From the human T2T-CHM13v2.0 reference genome, Homo sapiens, in assembly GCF_009914755.1 (NCBI RefSeq), contig NC_060926.1: a DNA stretch of 64,000 bases; one strand, 5' to 3'. Shown piece after piece: positions 25,660 to 41,312 of the stretch (its first letter is position 1; every line of letters begins with the position of its first letter). The position numbers and the translations under genes were made by a program. The notes under the pieces are model-generated. The model saw nothing but the letters and a program-made list of their open reading frames with translations. It had not been told where the DNA came from and did not search any database.

Positions 25660-28084
25660 AAATTTCACTCAGAGTATTGGAGAATTAGTAATGGGGACTT
25701 TCTTAAATGGAGAAAGAAACAAGTTCATTCACCTGTAGATATTATCCTGAGATAGCTTGTGGCAGAAATTTTTGGTGGAATGCATGAGCTGGCTCAGACC
25801 TGGGCTAACCCTTAATCCAAACTATGATGTGGGAGACTTTTGTTTGAAATGGTTTCTATTTTTATGCCCTGTCCCCCAGCCCCTCGCCAAGCATTTATAG
25901 AGAATGGGGGCTGGGGAATTGTACTGGCATAGAAGCTACTTGGAAAATAGATTGACTGATTAACTAAGAAGTGGAAAGATATTGAATAGTATTTCATTTA
26001 TGTATTCAGCAGACACTTACTGACTTAGTTCCTAGACCCCAGCCTGGCAGCCAGTGACTGTCCCATAGCATGATCTAGGGGCAGGGCACTCAAGGTGTAA
26101 GATACTTATCATCAATGACCTCACTTTGCCACCTGATCCAAATCTAAGTGTGGAGGTTCAAAAAACCATGGAAATGAGTGCATTAGTATGCACGTGGATT
26201 TAGGGTAGCTTTTTTAAGGAGTTACATGTCCACGTGTGCAGGGAAGCTTAGGGAAAAGCAATACCTTATTTGGAATGGCTTTTCAGTCCTAGTGAGAGCC
26301 AAATCAAAACCAAAGTAAAAATTTAAAACACCTCATTACTCCCAACCAAATACAGAAAAAAGTTTTTTCTGACAAAACAACTTGTATTTAGAGTAATGGA
26401 TTCTTTTTTCTTGTGCTTGTCAAATGACCTCACGTGACTTAATCAGGGTGGCTGCAGTCTGGGAACGCTTGGCTGTAGCGGGAGTAGCTTGCGTGCATTT
26501 CTGCCCTCCCTCGTTCCCCATAAAGTGCCCATCATTCTCATTCATGTCTCTACTCCCCACAGCCATGTCTGTGACAGCACCACCACAGGCCTGAGCTCTG
26601 TCCGCGCCTCTCCTCTCAGCTGAGTGGTGCTAACTGCTGTACAAACCACCCCAAATCTCATTGGCACAGTCCATCCCATGCAGGCAGCTATCTTCCAAGG
26701 GGTGACTCACGGACCCAAGCTGCTCCATGTCATGGCGTTGCCATCTTGTGCTGCACAAGGTCGACCTGGAGTCACCCAGGGAAGGGGCATGGAGAATCCT
26801 GCACCTAATGCTTTACCAGGTCAGCCTGGAACACCTATCACTGTCACCCCCATTCCACTGCAAGATGTTTAATTCCAAATGCAGGGGAAGCTGGGAAGTG
26901 CAGTCCCTGGTAGGCTCCCCAGTAGCAGCCTGACTGTGGAGTGGGAGCATGGTCCTTTCTGGGCTGTGATCACCTCTACCACACCATGTAATACCAAACT
27001 TCTTCCCCAACAACAAGCTTTTGACTCATCCCCATGGAGTAAGAAACTGGAGAAACCAATTCACCCTCTGCCACTAATATTTGATGACATTTTATTTCAT
27101 GACCAATTCCAGAATATTTATATCTTTAAAAAGAGGAAAAAGAAGGTAGTCTGCCTGAAGATAACTCAAGGCCATGGCTTTCCAATGGTGGGGGGAGTAG
27201 TTTGGTGGGGGAGGGGAATTCCTGTTATCTTCAGATGATTTGCAGAGGACACACCCATTCACCTATGTGTTAGGGAGATTCAACTTCGAGTCTCAAAGGC
27301 TGATCGTATCAGAGAGGGGACAGAATAGATGCCTTTTGGAGATTTCCAACCAAATTCCAGCCCTGCTGTGTCCTTATTGGCTCCATAAGTCTAGGAGCAG
27401 AGCAGTGGCGCTTGGCTGGCAAACAGCTTGAGGAGTGGTGTGGCCCAGCTCTGTTTTAGTTGGGAGTGAGATTGGGGTGAGATTGATGGGCGCCTCATTC
27501 ATTTTCCAATGCTGATGGATTCCCTGACTCACTCACTGGGGCCAGACATGCATCTCCTGCCCGGCAGTGAAAATGTCAATAACCACTCTCTTTTTACTCT
27601 GCTTCTTTCCAAGCTGGGGATGGGCTTTCATTAAATCCTCAGCCCATGCTTTTTTGGTTAAATCAAATTTACAGCCACTGGAGGGATAGGATTTCAGCTA
27701 TATTTACCTTGCCCTCAGCCAAGTATCCTGGACTAGTTTTTTCAACAACTTACATTTCAGTTTCCAGTTAAAGCCAAGGGCAGGCCCTAAGCTTGAGACC
27801 AGGAGAAGCTGCTTCACCTTCTGTATGGGACTCAGGCACCCTAAGAACTGGAGGGGAATGGGGACATTGTGGTGAGGTGGCTGACCTTGGGGTGAGGGAG
27901 GGTGACATCAGCAGGAGAGTGGGTGACATTAGTGAAAAGATGGGTGACAACTGGGAGAGGCTGGAATTGCTGACTCTTTGGTCAGTTAATTTAAAGCCAA
28001 CCATATCGAAATGTCTATCACCCTGTAAGAACACAGCTGATAGACTAATTAACATTCGAGCATCCAAGATTAATGATAGCAAAC

Positions 28085-28320
28085 ATTCACTGATTGCTTA
28101 CTAGATATTGGTCACTGTGCTAACCAACTTCCACATCACCTCATCTAACACTTCCAACAAGCCAGGGAGGAAAGAGGATGATGATTGTCCTCATTTCTCA
28201 GCTGAGGTATTGGACTCAAGAAGAAGATAAATGACCTTCCCAAGGTCACAGAACCAGTTACATGGCAGAGCCAGGATTTGAATCTCCAAACCTGGCTTTA
28301 GAGCCTGGCCTCATAATTGC
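28085..28320 (-). mobile_element. MIR
   Basis: CCCAAGGTCACAG...TGGCAGAGCCAGGATTTGAA. Confidence 0.7.
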
Positions 28321-28791
28321 TGCCCTACACTTGGTGGTAGCAAGAGCTCCTAATGTCATTGCTCCTGAAATGGTGACATTCTAAAAGAGCCCAGAATTGG
28401 GCCAAAGAAATAAAGCCATAATGGTAGCCCTTTGGTGGGGACATGAGGGAGGAGTTCTTAGCCAGGAGGTTTTTATAAAGTCATCTTTCCAATCATACCA
28501 TGCTTTCGGTAGAACATGCTGCCCATGGAGAAGCCCAGCCCAGGGCCATATCTAAGGGGAAGATGCCATCCTCAGGTGTTATCTTCAGCTGTGGTGTTGG
28601 AGAAGAGATCAGCTACGAGCTGCTCGTGGGCAGAATTAGAAGAAACTAAGAGGAACCCAATCATTACTCTTTATTCTCTGAACTCACATTTGCTCCATGA
28701 CAGAGTTGGTGCATTTTCAGTCTTTTAAAAATTTAGTATTGGGTTAAATTCTTCAATTTGGGCTTACATGGGACATCCTTTCAAATGGAAG

Positions 28792-28810
28792 TTGCCACCA
28801 GGTGGCCCTT
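28792..28810 (+). promoter_or_regulatory. Candidate CTCF motif
   Basis: TTGCCACCAGGTGGCCCTT closely matches the CTCF core CCACCAG(G/A)(G/T)GGC; motif match only. Confidence 0.4.
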
Positions 28811-29249
28811 CCTGGAAGAGCTTTCATAGCTCTGCAGGGGCAGAGAGGCCTTGGGGTGAAGTCCCCCTGGGGAGCCTTGAGCTGTGGGCCCGCTCCTCCT
28901 CCCAACCACCCCAACAGCCTCCTGGGGGATTCCTTTCAGTCTGGTGTGGAATGACAAAGGCAGGGAAGAAGGGCATCAACTGTGGGTCAGAGGAGTCCCC
29001 AGGCATAGGCCAGGCTGAGGTTCTGGAGTGGGTGGTGTGGAACATGGCTCGTACCTGCTGGTGGGACCAGCGTTGGAGCTGGTGTTGGGGGAATGAGAAG
29101 GAAGTTCAGGGAACACAGGAGCTGTCCTTGTCTCTACCGCTACTGCGATTCTCTGCCATCTGTGCAGCCCTGCGCTGAGATGAGAAGCCAGCCTTGGGAC
29201 AGGTGGTCAGGGGCTTGTTCAGAGCTCTGCCTGTGGTTGGGCACAAGGA

Positions 29250-29594
29250 CATGCATCCCCAGTCCCCGGGCCATGGACCAGTATCAGTCTGTGTCCTGTT
29301 AGGACCCGGGCCACACAGCAGGAGGTGAGTGGTGGGCAAGCGAGCATTGCCACCTGAGCTCCGCCTCCTGTCAGGTCAGTGGTGACATTAGATTCTCATA
29401 GGAGCACAAACCCTATTGTGAACTGTGCATGTGGGGAGTCTAGGTTGCTCGCTCCTTTTGAGAGTCTAATGATAAATGTAATGCTGTAATGTGTTTAAAT
29501 CACCCCCAAACCATCCCCCACCACCCCCTAGTCCATGCAAAAATTATCTTTCGTGGATCCAGTGCCTTGTGCCAAAAAGTTTGGGGACTTGCTG
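29250..29594 (+). mobile_element. MER1 (hAT-Charlie)
   Basis: CACAGCAGGAGGTGAG...GAGCTCCGCCTCCTGTCAG...TTAGATTCTCATAGGAGC...GTGCCAAAAAGTTTGGGGAC. Confidence 0.88.
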
Positions 29595-30003
29595 TGCAAG
29601 GACATCAGGCCAAGTGGCATGGTGGGACTGTGCTTGCCCACCTGTGCACCCTGGCATTGGGCTGAGTCTGTGTGGAGGAAGGAGTGCCATCTTCTGATGA
29701 CCATAAAAACACTGTCTGCTCACTCTGCTGTGTGTCCCCAGGGCCATATTGACCAGAGAAGGGCCTTTTTTCTAATTCACACAAAGGCTCTACATGGGCT
29801 AGCTGTGTTCCTGGTTTGGGCATTCCCGACTGCAGCATATTTGAAAAGGGATCCCAAGAAGTGATTGAAGATAAGCAAAGAGAGTTTCCATGGTTTCTGT
29901 TGGCCCCTAGATGGAGTGGCCATTATTGAAGAGTGAAGAAGCTGTGTGTGGCAGTGAAGAATGGGAAGAAGTACTTGTGACATGGAGAAGTGTGAGCTGC
30001 AGG

Positions 30004-30355
30004 TGTATCAGCCTGCTCAGGCTGCACAACAGACTACAGCAGACTCAGGGGCTTAAACAACAGACACTTATTCTATCATGGTTCTGGAGGCTGGAAGTCC
30101 AAGATCAAGGTGCCTGCAGGGTTGGTTCCTGGTGAGGCCTCCCATCCTGCCTTGCAGAAGGCTGCTTTCTCACAAGGCCTTCCTCTGTGCACATGCACTC
30201 CTAGTAGCTCTTCCTTTTCTTATGAAGACACACATTGTATTGGATCAGTGCCTCATCCTAACAAACTCATTTAACCTTAATTACCTCCTTGAAGACCCTA
30301 TCTTTAAATATAATCACATTTGGGGGTGGGGGTGGGGATATAATTTAGTCCATAA
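30004..30355 (-). mobile_element. MaLR LTR (MLT1A/B-like)
   Basis: GGTTCTGGAGGCTGGAAGTCCAAGATCAAGGTG...CATTTAACCTTAATTACCTC. Confidence 0.8.
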
Positions 30356-30402
30356 GAGCAGGAAATGCCTACAATTCTGCAATTCGTGTTTTAGTATCAA
30401 TT

Positions 30403-30405
30403 TGT

Positions 30406-30456
<51 letters not shown>
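30403..30456. repeat. Compound (TG)n(AG)n microsatellite
   Basis: Direct inspection. Confidence 0.95.
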
Positions 30457-30522
30457 GCTGACATCCCAATTGGATCACAATCTTCTGAAGCAAGGCCTTT
30501 GTTTAAAAAGTCATTTTTTTTT

Positions 30523-30834
<312 letters not shown>

Positions 30835-31466
30835 TTAGTCCCCCAGCCCTCCACCACAGTGCCAAACACAGGCCTTCTGCCCATTAGGCACTAGAGAACT
30901 GTATGTGATGCAAGCCCTGAAGGAGCTTCCTGGTGCACATGTGCAGGAGAGAAGAGTGAAGCCAGCACTTCATTCTGGGAGACGCTCTCAAATCCAGATA
31001 GGAGCTGATGGAGGGAAGGCCCCATCAGCTCACTCTCTGAAGAACGAGATGGAATTTTCAGAAAGGAAATGAACTCTAATTTCAGCCCGTTCACACTCTA
31101 ATTTCATTTTGTTAAGTAACATTATTTATTCAGTAACCTTTGGAATTCACATGCTTCATATTTAATGGGTCCAATTATACCCTTTCTGGCATGCCTGTGA
31201 AACATGCCGTTTTCACCATTCGAACGTTTGTTTGACACGATTTCAGATGTTATATTACTCCATAGGGTAATGTGCCTTAATAGCTCCAAACTCCAATAAC
31301 AAGAAGGATTAGCAGAGCAATAAGCCTTTATCCATCAGCATAACTCCAGAATTGCCGCCCACAAGAGACCCTGAAGGCAGCAGATCTCTTATTTACTCAA
31401 AGGCTCTTTTGAAAAAAGCGAAAGCGGCTTTTTAAAAAAACGATAAAGATAATATATGCTCATTAA

Positions 31467-31865
<399 letters not shown>

Positions 31866-31974
31866 TGATTTTCTTCCTGAGCTCACTCTCATGTCTGTAG
31901 GTGTTTGCTGCACTCTTTTGCATAATGGGATTATACTAAATATCCTGTTTCCCTACCCTCACTTTAAAAAATCT

Positions 31975-34330
31975 TTTTTATTATGAAAAACTTCAAACAC
32001 ATACTTAAATGGACTGAAATCCATATTGAATTTCCATTTGTGGCGCCTCTTGTTTCATCTGAACTGCAATTTACCCGCAACCTAGATTATTCTGAAGTGA
32101 ATCCTAGCCATGCTCTCAATTTATCAGTAAATATCTCAGCATGTCTCTATAAAATATAAAAACTCTTAAAAAATGACAATACCCTTTTCACAGCTTAACA
32201 ATTAGCACAGTCTTAATATCCTTAAATGACTCAATCACTGTTTACGTTTCTCTAATTGTCTTGTAATTGTTTTCTTTCCAGTTTATTTGAATCTGGATCA
32301 AGGCATACTTACAATAGGTTCCTTTGGTTGATACGTCTCTTAAATCTTTTTTTTTTAACTCTTATTTTAGGTTTGGGGGTACATGTGAAGGTTTATTATA
32401 TGGGTAAATTTGTGTTATGGGGGTTCGTTGTATTGTTTCGTTACCCAGGTACTAAGCCTAGTACTCAATAGTTATTTTTTCTGCTCTTCTCCCTCCTCTA
32501 AACCTCCACCCTCAAGTAGGCCCTCAAGTAGTGTCTGTTGTTCTCTATGTTCATGACTTCTCTTCATTTAGCTCCCATGTGCAAGTGAGAACATGTGGTA
32601 TTTGGTTTTCTGTTCCTGCATTAGTTTGCTAAGGATAATAGCCTCTAGTTCCATCTGTGTTCCTGCAAAAGACATGATCTCATTTTTTTATGGCTGCATA
32701 GTATTCCATGGTGTATATGTACCACATTTTTTTTAAAGTTAACATGGACATTTTTATTTTTATTTTTTTAACTTGTATTTTAATTTCAGGGGTAGATGTG
32801 CAGGATATGCAGGTTTGTTGCATAGGTAAACGTGTCATGGGGGTTTGTTGTACAGATTATTTCATCATCCAGGTATTAAGCCTAGTATCCATTACTATTT
32901 TTCCTGATCCCCTCTCTCCTCCCACCCTCTGCCCTCTGGTAGACCCCAGTGTGTGTGGTTCTCCTCGATGTGTCCAGGTGTTCTTATCATTTAGCTTCCA
33001 CTTATAAGTAAGGACATCTGGTATTTGGTTTTCTGTTCCTGTGTTAGTTTGCTAAGGATAATGACCTCCAGCTCCATCCATGTCCCTGCAAAGGACATGG
33101 TCTTGATCCTTTTAATGGCTATATAGTACTCCATGGTGTATATGTACCACATTTTCTTTATCCAGTCTATCATTGATGGGCATTTAGTTTGATTCCATGT
33201 CTTTGCTATTTCAGTAGCGGTGCAGTGAACTTTCACATGCATGTGTCTTTATGGTAGAATAATTTATATTCCTTTGGGTATATACCCAGTAATGGGATTG
33301 CTGGATCAAATGGTATTTCTGTCTCTAGGTCTTTGAGGAATTGTCACACTGTCTTCCACAATGGTTGAACTAATTTACACTCCCACTAAGTGTATCAGTG
33401 TTCCCTTTTCTCCACATCCTAGCCAGTATCTATTATTTTTTTACTTTTTAGTAGTAGCCATTCTGACTGGTGTAAGATGTTATCTCATTGTGGTTTTGAT
33501 TTGCATTTCTCTAATGACCAGTGATACTGAGCTTTTTTTCATATGCTTTTGACTGCATGCATGTCTTCTTTAGCAATCTTTTAAATCTATAGGCTCCTCT
33601 TCTATCTTTTCCCCTTATAGTTTATTTGTTGAAGAAATGCAGTCATCTACTCTATCAAGTTTCTGTCTGGATCTTGCTGATTGCTCCCCTGTGGTGTCTC
33701 TTTGCTGTCCCTCTGTCCTGTGTAGTTCCTGTGCGTTGCTAGTTAGATCTGAAAGCTTGATGAAATTCAGGCTCCTTTTTGGCTAGTCACATCTATTAAT
33801 ACATTATAAATGGTGTCGCGTACATGCTCCAGGAGGCATCATGTCTGGTCTCTCTTACGTTACTTAGATCTGTTACCTAGATCTACTAATTCATTACAAG
33901 GTGTAAAATGGTGATGCTGTAATCCCATCATATCATTTTTGTTTATCAGTTGGAATACTTCTGTAAACATAAATTTGCCCTCCACAACTATTTGGTTACC
34001 CAGAGGCATAACTTACACAGTAAGGGCAGGATAAATGCTTGATTCTTTTCCTTTCTTTACCAGTTTTCAAAATAATGGGTAGGTTTCTCATCATCCCACC
34101 ACTGAACAATGAAATGTTTTCTCTCCTTTGTTTTTAGTATTATCATGAACTTGTAGATTTAAAGATATTTGATATGATTTAACATACCTTGTTCCTTAAA
34201 TATATCATAGGTATTTTTGTTTGTCAACATAATTCTAAATGATCAGTTATAATGGCTGCACAATTTTCCCTTACATGAATGTATTAGAATTTACTTAACC
34301 ATTTATTATTATTGGACATTTATGTTCTGC
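31975..34330 (-). mobile_element. Old L1M (MC/MD/ME-type) 3' remnant hosting younger L1PA fragments
   Basis: TTTTTATTATGAAAAACTTCAAACAC; AGGGCAGGATAAATGCTTGATTCTTT...TTACCAGTTTTCAAAATAATG. Confidence 0.6.
32347..33572 (-). mobile_element. Two tandem L1PA (about PA13-16) 3' ends (32347-32733 and ~32751-33572)
   Basis: GTGAGAACATGTGGTATTTGGTTTTCTGTTCCTG...GTTTGCTAAGGATAAT...GTATATGTACCACATTTT-type 3' UTR occurs twice, each with its own T-rich tail. Confidence 0.9.
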
Positions 34331-34902
34331 CTCTGTAGATTTAGCATTTCTACTCTAGTTCAGTCTTGCTTTTATAAATATATGTATTTTTTCCTGAAGT
34401 AAGGTAGTACTTTCTCTAATATTATTTGAAAAGATAAAATTAGTAGATTAATTTTTAATGATGATCATGATATGAAAGGGAGTCTGATTAGTCGAGTAGC
34501 CTTTTTATTGAAGCTTGAAAGATATTTTCTACTTTACCTATTTAAAATATTCATACCATTAGTGAGGGAAAATATTCCTTTTTTTTCCTTCAAGGGTTGA
34601 AGAAGTTCTTCATCAAGGACAAAAGATAAGACTATCAATTCAGCTAAGATAGTAATTAAAAGTATAAGAATGATAGTAGTAAGGTACCTTTTGCTATTTC
34701 CATATTTGATTGAATGTTTTCATAAAAAATACATTTTCTAGCTTTGAAAGAAATCATATTTGCCTTTATTAATTCACCCTAATGGCAGGAACCATCAGAT
34801 GCATGACTGAATTTTGTGTATTGATGCACAGACTAGTGCCAGCGATGAGTCAGGTGACATTCATCCTGATGTGCCTGTGACAGTGCCTGTTTATATCTGT
34901 TA

Positions 34903-35223
<321 letters not shown>

Positions 35224-36139
35224 TTTCCCTAGTGCTCTCAAAAGAGTCCTGGTCATTTGGACAATAAATTGTATGATCACCCTAGATATTAACATTTCTG
35301 TTTTCCTTCTACTTACTCAAGTTTCTTCATGTCCCTTATTTCAACTGTCTCAAAGATAAGAGAGGGATGTCAAAGGATGACCTTCTTCTTCCCAACCCAT
35401 CTGGACCTCCTCCCTTCCCACAATCCCATGGCCACATTTATCTTTCCCCTTTTCTTGCTTATTTTTGATTTAAGCAAGTTGCTACTGTGTCTCTTCCTCT
35501 GCAACCCCCATTTTTACTATAGTGCCCTTCAGTAGGACATGAAGTGGTCAGAGCAGGGAGAAAGTCACTGTGTAACAATAGTAGTTCAGTCCAGATGAAT
35601 AGAATTCAATCCGGATGAGAAGACTGAAGCCAGAAGGGACATGTGGGCCATGGCAACACAGTTAGTTAGTGGCAGAGCAGGACAAGGAGCAGGGTCTATA
35701 AATTCTCTGCTAACTGACCTTTGCTAGTTAGTTCTTTTCATAATTGCCAGAACTTTGGGAGAGTTTGATGTTTTGAGGATGGTAGGACACTAGCTCCCTT
35801 CCCATCCCTTTGCTATCAGGTGCTAAATTATAATGAAAACAAGTCTCGGATCCAGTTCTGCCATACACACTACATTTATGACCAAGCCATATTTATTGGA
35901 AGCAGGCAAAGAAGAGTTCTACAATCTCTTTCTCCAAACTTAGGTCAAGTCCACACCCAATTATTATGTTGTTTGACAAGCACCTTGTATGAAAGGCCCC
36001 CTGGTGCCATGGTAGAGGCAATGCTATTCTAGTGGTAGAACCAGACAGCTGTCTAGTCAAGTCAGCTGACAAAACCTTATGTTAAGTTGAAGATGGTGGG
36101 AGAATACACTCTAGACCTGGAATACTCCTCTATCAGTGA

Positions 36140-36490
<351 letters not shown>

Positions 36491-36817
36491 TAAATCCTGT
36501 AAATCTTTTTAGTCAGTCATATTTTTTGAGTTCCACTCATTTAACCAATGAAGAGGACTTCTAATGTTGTGAAAAGAATGGTTAGCAGCAGTCCTGCAAT
36601 TTATCCCTTTCCCTTGGATAAGGTTGCTGGGATGCCTCTGGGAAAGGAAGAAGGAAGCCAATCTGATTAAGTCTCTTGTAAACATGTTTGTAACAGGCCT
36701 CCTGGAAAACCACTGACTGGTGGTTAGCTACCAATAGTAGCTAACAGGAGAGTCCTTACCTATGGAAGGATTTTTAGCAGGATGTATTTGGTCTTTATAG
36801 GATTGCTTATGGTAAGC

Positions 36818-37209
36818 ATCTTCGTTCTTTCAGGCTGCTACAACAAATTTCCATAGACTGGGTGGATTAAGCAACAAAAATTTTTCCTCACAGTTCTGGA
36901 GGCTGGGAAGTTCAAGATCAAGGTACCAGCAGGTCCTGTGTCTGGTGAGGATCTGCTCTCTAGTCTGGTGAGGACCTGCCTTCTGGTTTGCAGAAGGTTA
37001 TATTCTTCTTGTATCCTTACCAGTGTAGAGCAGAGAGAGGAAGCAAGCTCTCATGTCTCTTTTTATAAGGGCACTGATTACATTCATGAAGGCTCCACCC
37101 TCATGACCCAATTACCTCCCCAAAGCCCTATCTCCTAAAACCATAACATTGAGGGTTAGGATTTCAACATATGAATTTGGTGGGGGACACAAACATTTGG
37201 TCCACAACA
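36818..37209 (-). mobile_element. MaLR LTR (MST/MLT1A-like)
   Basis: CATAGACTGGGTGG...CACAGTTCTGGAGGCTGGGAAG...GGCTCCACCCTCATGACC...GGGGGACACAAACATT. Confidence 0.85.
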
Positions 37210-38801
37210 GTAAAAAAAACCAAAAAAACAAACAAAAAAAACACTTGAGATCTATGGATTTATGTCACAGGACTACCTGGAAAGTATCGTGTAGGCTATG
37301 TAAATATTTAAGTATAAAATTGGAGATGTTTTATGACCACAGCAGATCCCTTTTGTGTGAGTGATGCAGCTGCATGGAATTCCTCAAAGTGCATGCTGAT
37401 GTAGCAAGAGTGGACCTGGGGAGCTATGCCCGGTGTCCAGACTTCTCTTTGCTTTATCTGTGCCTCACAATTACTTGCATCCTTGGACTTATTAGTAAAT
37501 CTTGGTACTGGTTAAGACCTCTGATCCTTGTGAGTCTTATTTGGCAGTATAACACTTTGTGCATCTCTTATCCCTTATGCTAACTAGTGTACTCCTGGTA
37601 TAAATACAGATGAAAACACCTGAACAAGGCCTTACTTTCCTCTGGAGTATGGATTTATGATTAGATGATTCAAATGTTATTCAATAACTCTTGGGTATAA
37701 AGTTAATTTGTATATACGTGTACACCATGCTGTTCATACTGAGATATTTTAATGCATATTACAGACAATATAACATGAACAAAACAGGATTATGTCTTCT
37801 ATGATTTCTAGTGATGGTTATTAACAGCAACAATAGCACTAACTATAACTATCAATTGTTTTGTGATGGTTGTGTGCTGATCACTTTGCATATATTAGTG
37901 GTAGCTCAGTAAACTTGTAAGGTCTCTGTTCTCATTTTACAGGTAAGAAAACTGAGTATTAAAGAGGTTAAGTAACTTATGCAATGTCACATCACTCTGT
38001 GACCTCAAGCCTGATATATCTAAAGCCTTTGGATCTGCCACAAACCCAACTGTTCTCAATTGTGAAACAAAGGACTAAAATGGATGGGAACTTAGGCTCT
38101 CTGTAGTTTTAATGCTATGGTGGCTTTATGACAAAAGTTTCCAAAAAGTTTATGGAACTGCTTTTACAAACTCAGAGGCAACTGGAGACAAAGGCTAGTG
38201 GGCTCCCTGGGGGCTGGTAGGGTGGGATGCGGAGGGCAGGCCTCCCAGCTCCAGGATGATTCAGAGCCTTCTACGTTAGCCTTCATGTAGGGGACATGTA
38301 GAAGCAGCATAAAACACAGTTCCCTTCTCAAGGAACTTACACTGGGCGGAGAGGGGGTAAGATATATGCAGAAAGCAATATTGGCTGATTCAGACTGTTG
38401 AGAATGATGGGCGTCATTGTGTGGCGCATCCTATAAGTGCACCAGGACTTCGGAGCTGGGAATGTGAGAATAGGAAAGTTCATGAAGAAGAGCCAGACTT
38501 TGGAGAAGGTCATGGGTCCCAATCTGGCTGTGATGCTGGACTCACAGTGCAACAGTGGCCTCCCTAACAGCAGTGATGCCCTATTGAGTGCTTGCTACCT
38601 GGGTTCCAGTTAGGCCCTCCACACACATTTTATTGCAAGTCCTCTGAGCCACACTGCAAAGTAGATGTCATTATCTCTATTTTATAGTCGAGGCTCAGCC
38701 AGATTTAGTGACCTGCCCATTATCATATGGGAATTAATCAGTAGGGTTTATACTTGAACCTGAGTCTATGTCAAACCTCAGCTTATACCTATTCCACGAT
38801 T

Positions 38802-38995
38802 CCAGTGGTTCTCAGAATGTGAACCGGGACCAGCAACATCAGCCTCATACAGGAACTAATTGGAAATGCAAATTCCCGGTCCTAATTCAGACCTCGGACC
38901 TCTTGACTTAGAAACTCTGGGGGTGGGCCAGCAACACACGTTTCAGTAAGCCCTCCAGGCGATTCTGATGTACCCTAAAGTTTTAGAATCACTGC
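38802..38995. mobile_element. MER5A flanked by MIR fragments
   Basis: CAGTGGTTCTCA...GAAATGCAAATTC...AAGCCCTCCAGGCGATTCTGATG...AGAATCACTG. Confidence 0.8.
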
Positions 38996-40982
38996 ACCAG
39001 ACCATCAGCTTCTGTTTCTTATCTACAAATGGGGGCAATAATCCCCCTTCACAGTGCTGTGGTAAGGATTACGTGAGACAATGTGTGGGAAACATCTAGC
39101 TTGGTGCCTGGCTTGTAGGAGGAAGGACGGACAGTGGCTGTTCCCTTCCTACCATAAGAATATGAAGTGCCATCTTTTTTTAGCTAGCACCGTATCTGGA
39201 GGATAGTAGGTAGAAGGTTGAGTGAGGACAGACATTTTCAGGGGAAAGGGTGGAGCATTTCAGATGACGGGAATCACACAGCCACCAGCTGTTACTAGCA
39301 GGGCACAGACTTGTTCTTCCATCATCTTCAAATTTCTTCCTTCTTTTTTGTCTGTCTGAGATTATAACAATCATTATTATTGGTGAGACACCTGTTCAGT
39401 GTAATGTACCTGGAGTTCACTACAATTGGCAAATGAACAGTTCCTTGTAATTGGCTCATAAGTATGATAAGATGTAGACAGCCATAGTTAAAATGTTTTC
39501 AGTTCATGCGTGCCATTAGTGGGAGCTCATTAGAGACATGAACGAAGAGAAAATGTAAATAAAGAATCCTGCTTTCGGTAATCACACCTGTACATCTAAC
39601 TCCCTGGTCCCAGGGTTCAGCTGAAAGAAAATCTCTTTGTGCTCACAGCCTGCTGGCCTACCTGCTCTCTGCAGCCTCATTTTCGCGGGTCTCAGACTGT
39701 CTTGTCTCCGTTGAGCTGCAGCCGGGTTGGGGATGTGGCTTACAGTCTGTGGTGGACAACACTGTCTCCATGGCTGTGGGCCCCAGGCAGGACCCCTCCT
39801 TAGCATTTAGCACAGGCCAGGGAGGGGCATGGCAGCGAACCCTTGTTCCTGATGCCTCTTGGAAGCACGGTAGTAACCTGAGTGTGTCCACTGAGTGACT
39901 TAGGTTCCGTGACATGGAGTTCTTGCAGGTTTTACCCCCCTTGCAAAATTAAAGGTAAGTGTATCAGATAGCCAAAATTATATTTAAATGATATACTTAA
40001 TGCATAATCAACAAACTCCATGTCAGGCTCTATTTTGGGGCATTCTTTGATTTTAGCAATTTTCTAACCAAGCAGTATTACCGAGACCAGCTCTATACAT
40101 CGGCAACTCAAGTTACTTCACAGCATGTGTGATTTGAGGCACTAAGAAATACATCTCTCTCATATTTAAAAAGCCCCCTAAAAAGAAAACAATATGGAAT
40201 TAACAGCCAAAAGCCCCAACAAATCCCCATTAAGTAGGGTGGTAGATGCTTGAAATCCCACCATTTTTGCATTCTGCCTGAGGATGCAGGTATTGTCTGT
40301 CTAAATTTGAGATGCAGAATTATTAAACCAGTATCAGTCTTCTGCATGTGTGTTTCAATTTAAAAAAAAATCTGCTTAGTAACTCCTAGAGTGGTGGACC
40401 CTAAGTAGTTTGACTTGGGGATTGCTGAAGTGGGGCTGGGCCCAAATTCCTGGGGAGCTGCTGGGGGCTGAAAGGGAGGTGCTGGCCCTGCAGACCACCT
40501 TTACCTGGCAGGTGTTTTCCTAAGAACCAGCACAAATTGGCCTCCCCCTGCTGTGGATCAGATGGGTGGAGACCAGGCAGGTGATATGGGCTTCCATTCC
40601 CTGCAGCTCCCAGATGCTGGTTGCTGATAAATTGCTTCTTAAGGAGTCACTCTGCATTTCTTCTTTCCTGATATTACAATACAGAGACAGAGATATATCT
40701 CAATGCAAGCTGATGGGAAAATGGGGATTTGTAAGGAATTACCTGAGATGGATATGAGTTTATTTATGGGCTCTGTACTTTCTGCAGGCACTGCACTAGG
40801 GGCTGGGCATTCCAAGACTAAGCAGGTCGACTCTCAGGTCTCACAGCTCAGGACAGTGCTGGCCAGACTTTTTTTCATCATTGCTCCCTACAGAGACTTA
40901 GGCTTCCTTTCCTAATCCCCTCACTCCATCATGAAATTTTAATACCATGGGTTTACTAGATATCTGTTTATGTACTGTGTAG

Positions 40983-41312
<330 letters not shown>

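Noticed and set aside
32347-33572. Apparent tandem duplication of an L1 3' UTR
   Set aside because: The two 3' ends differ in subfamily-type sequence and each has its own tail; better explained as two or nested L1PA insertions
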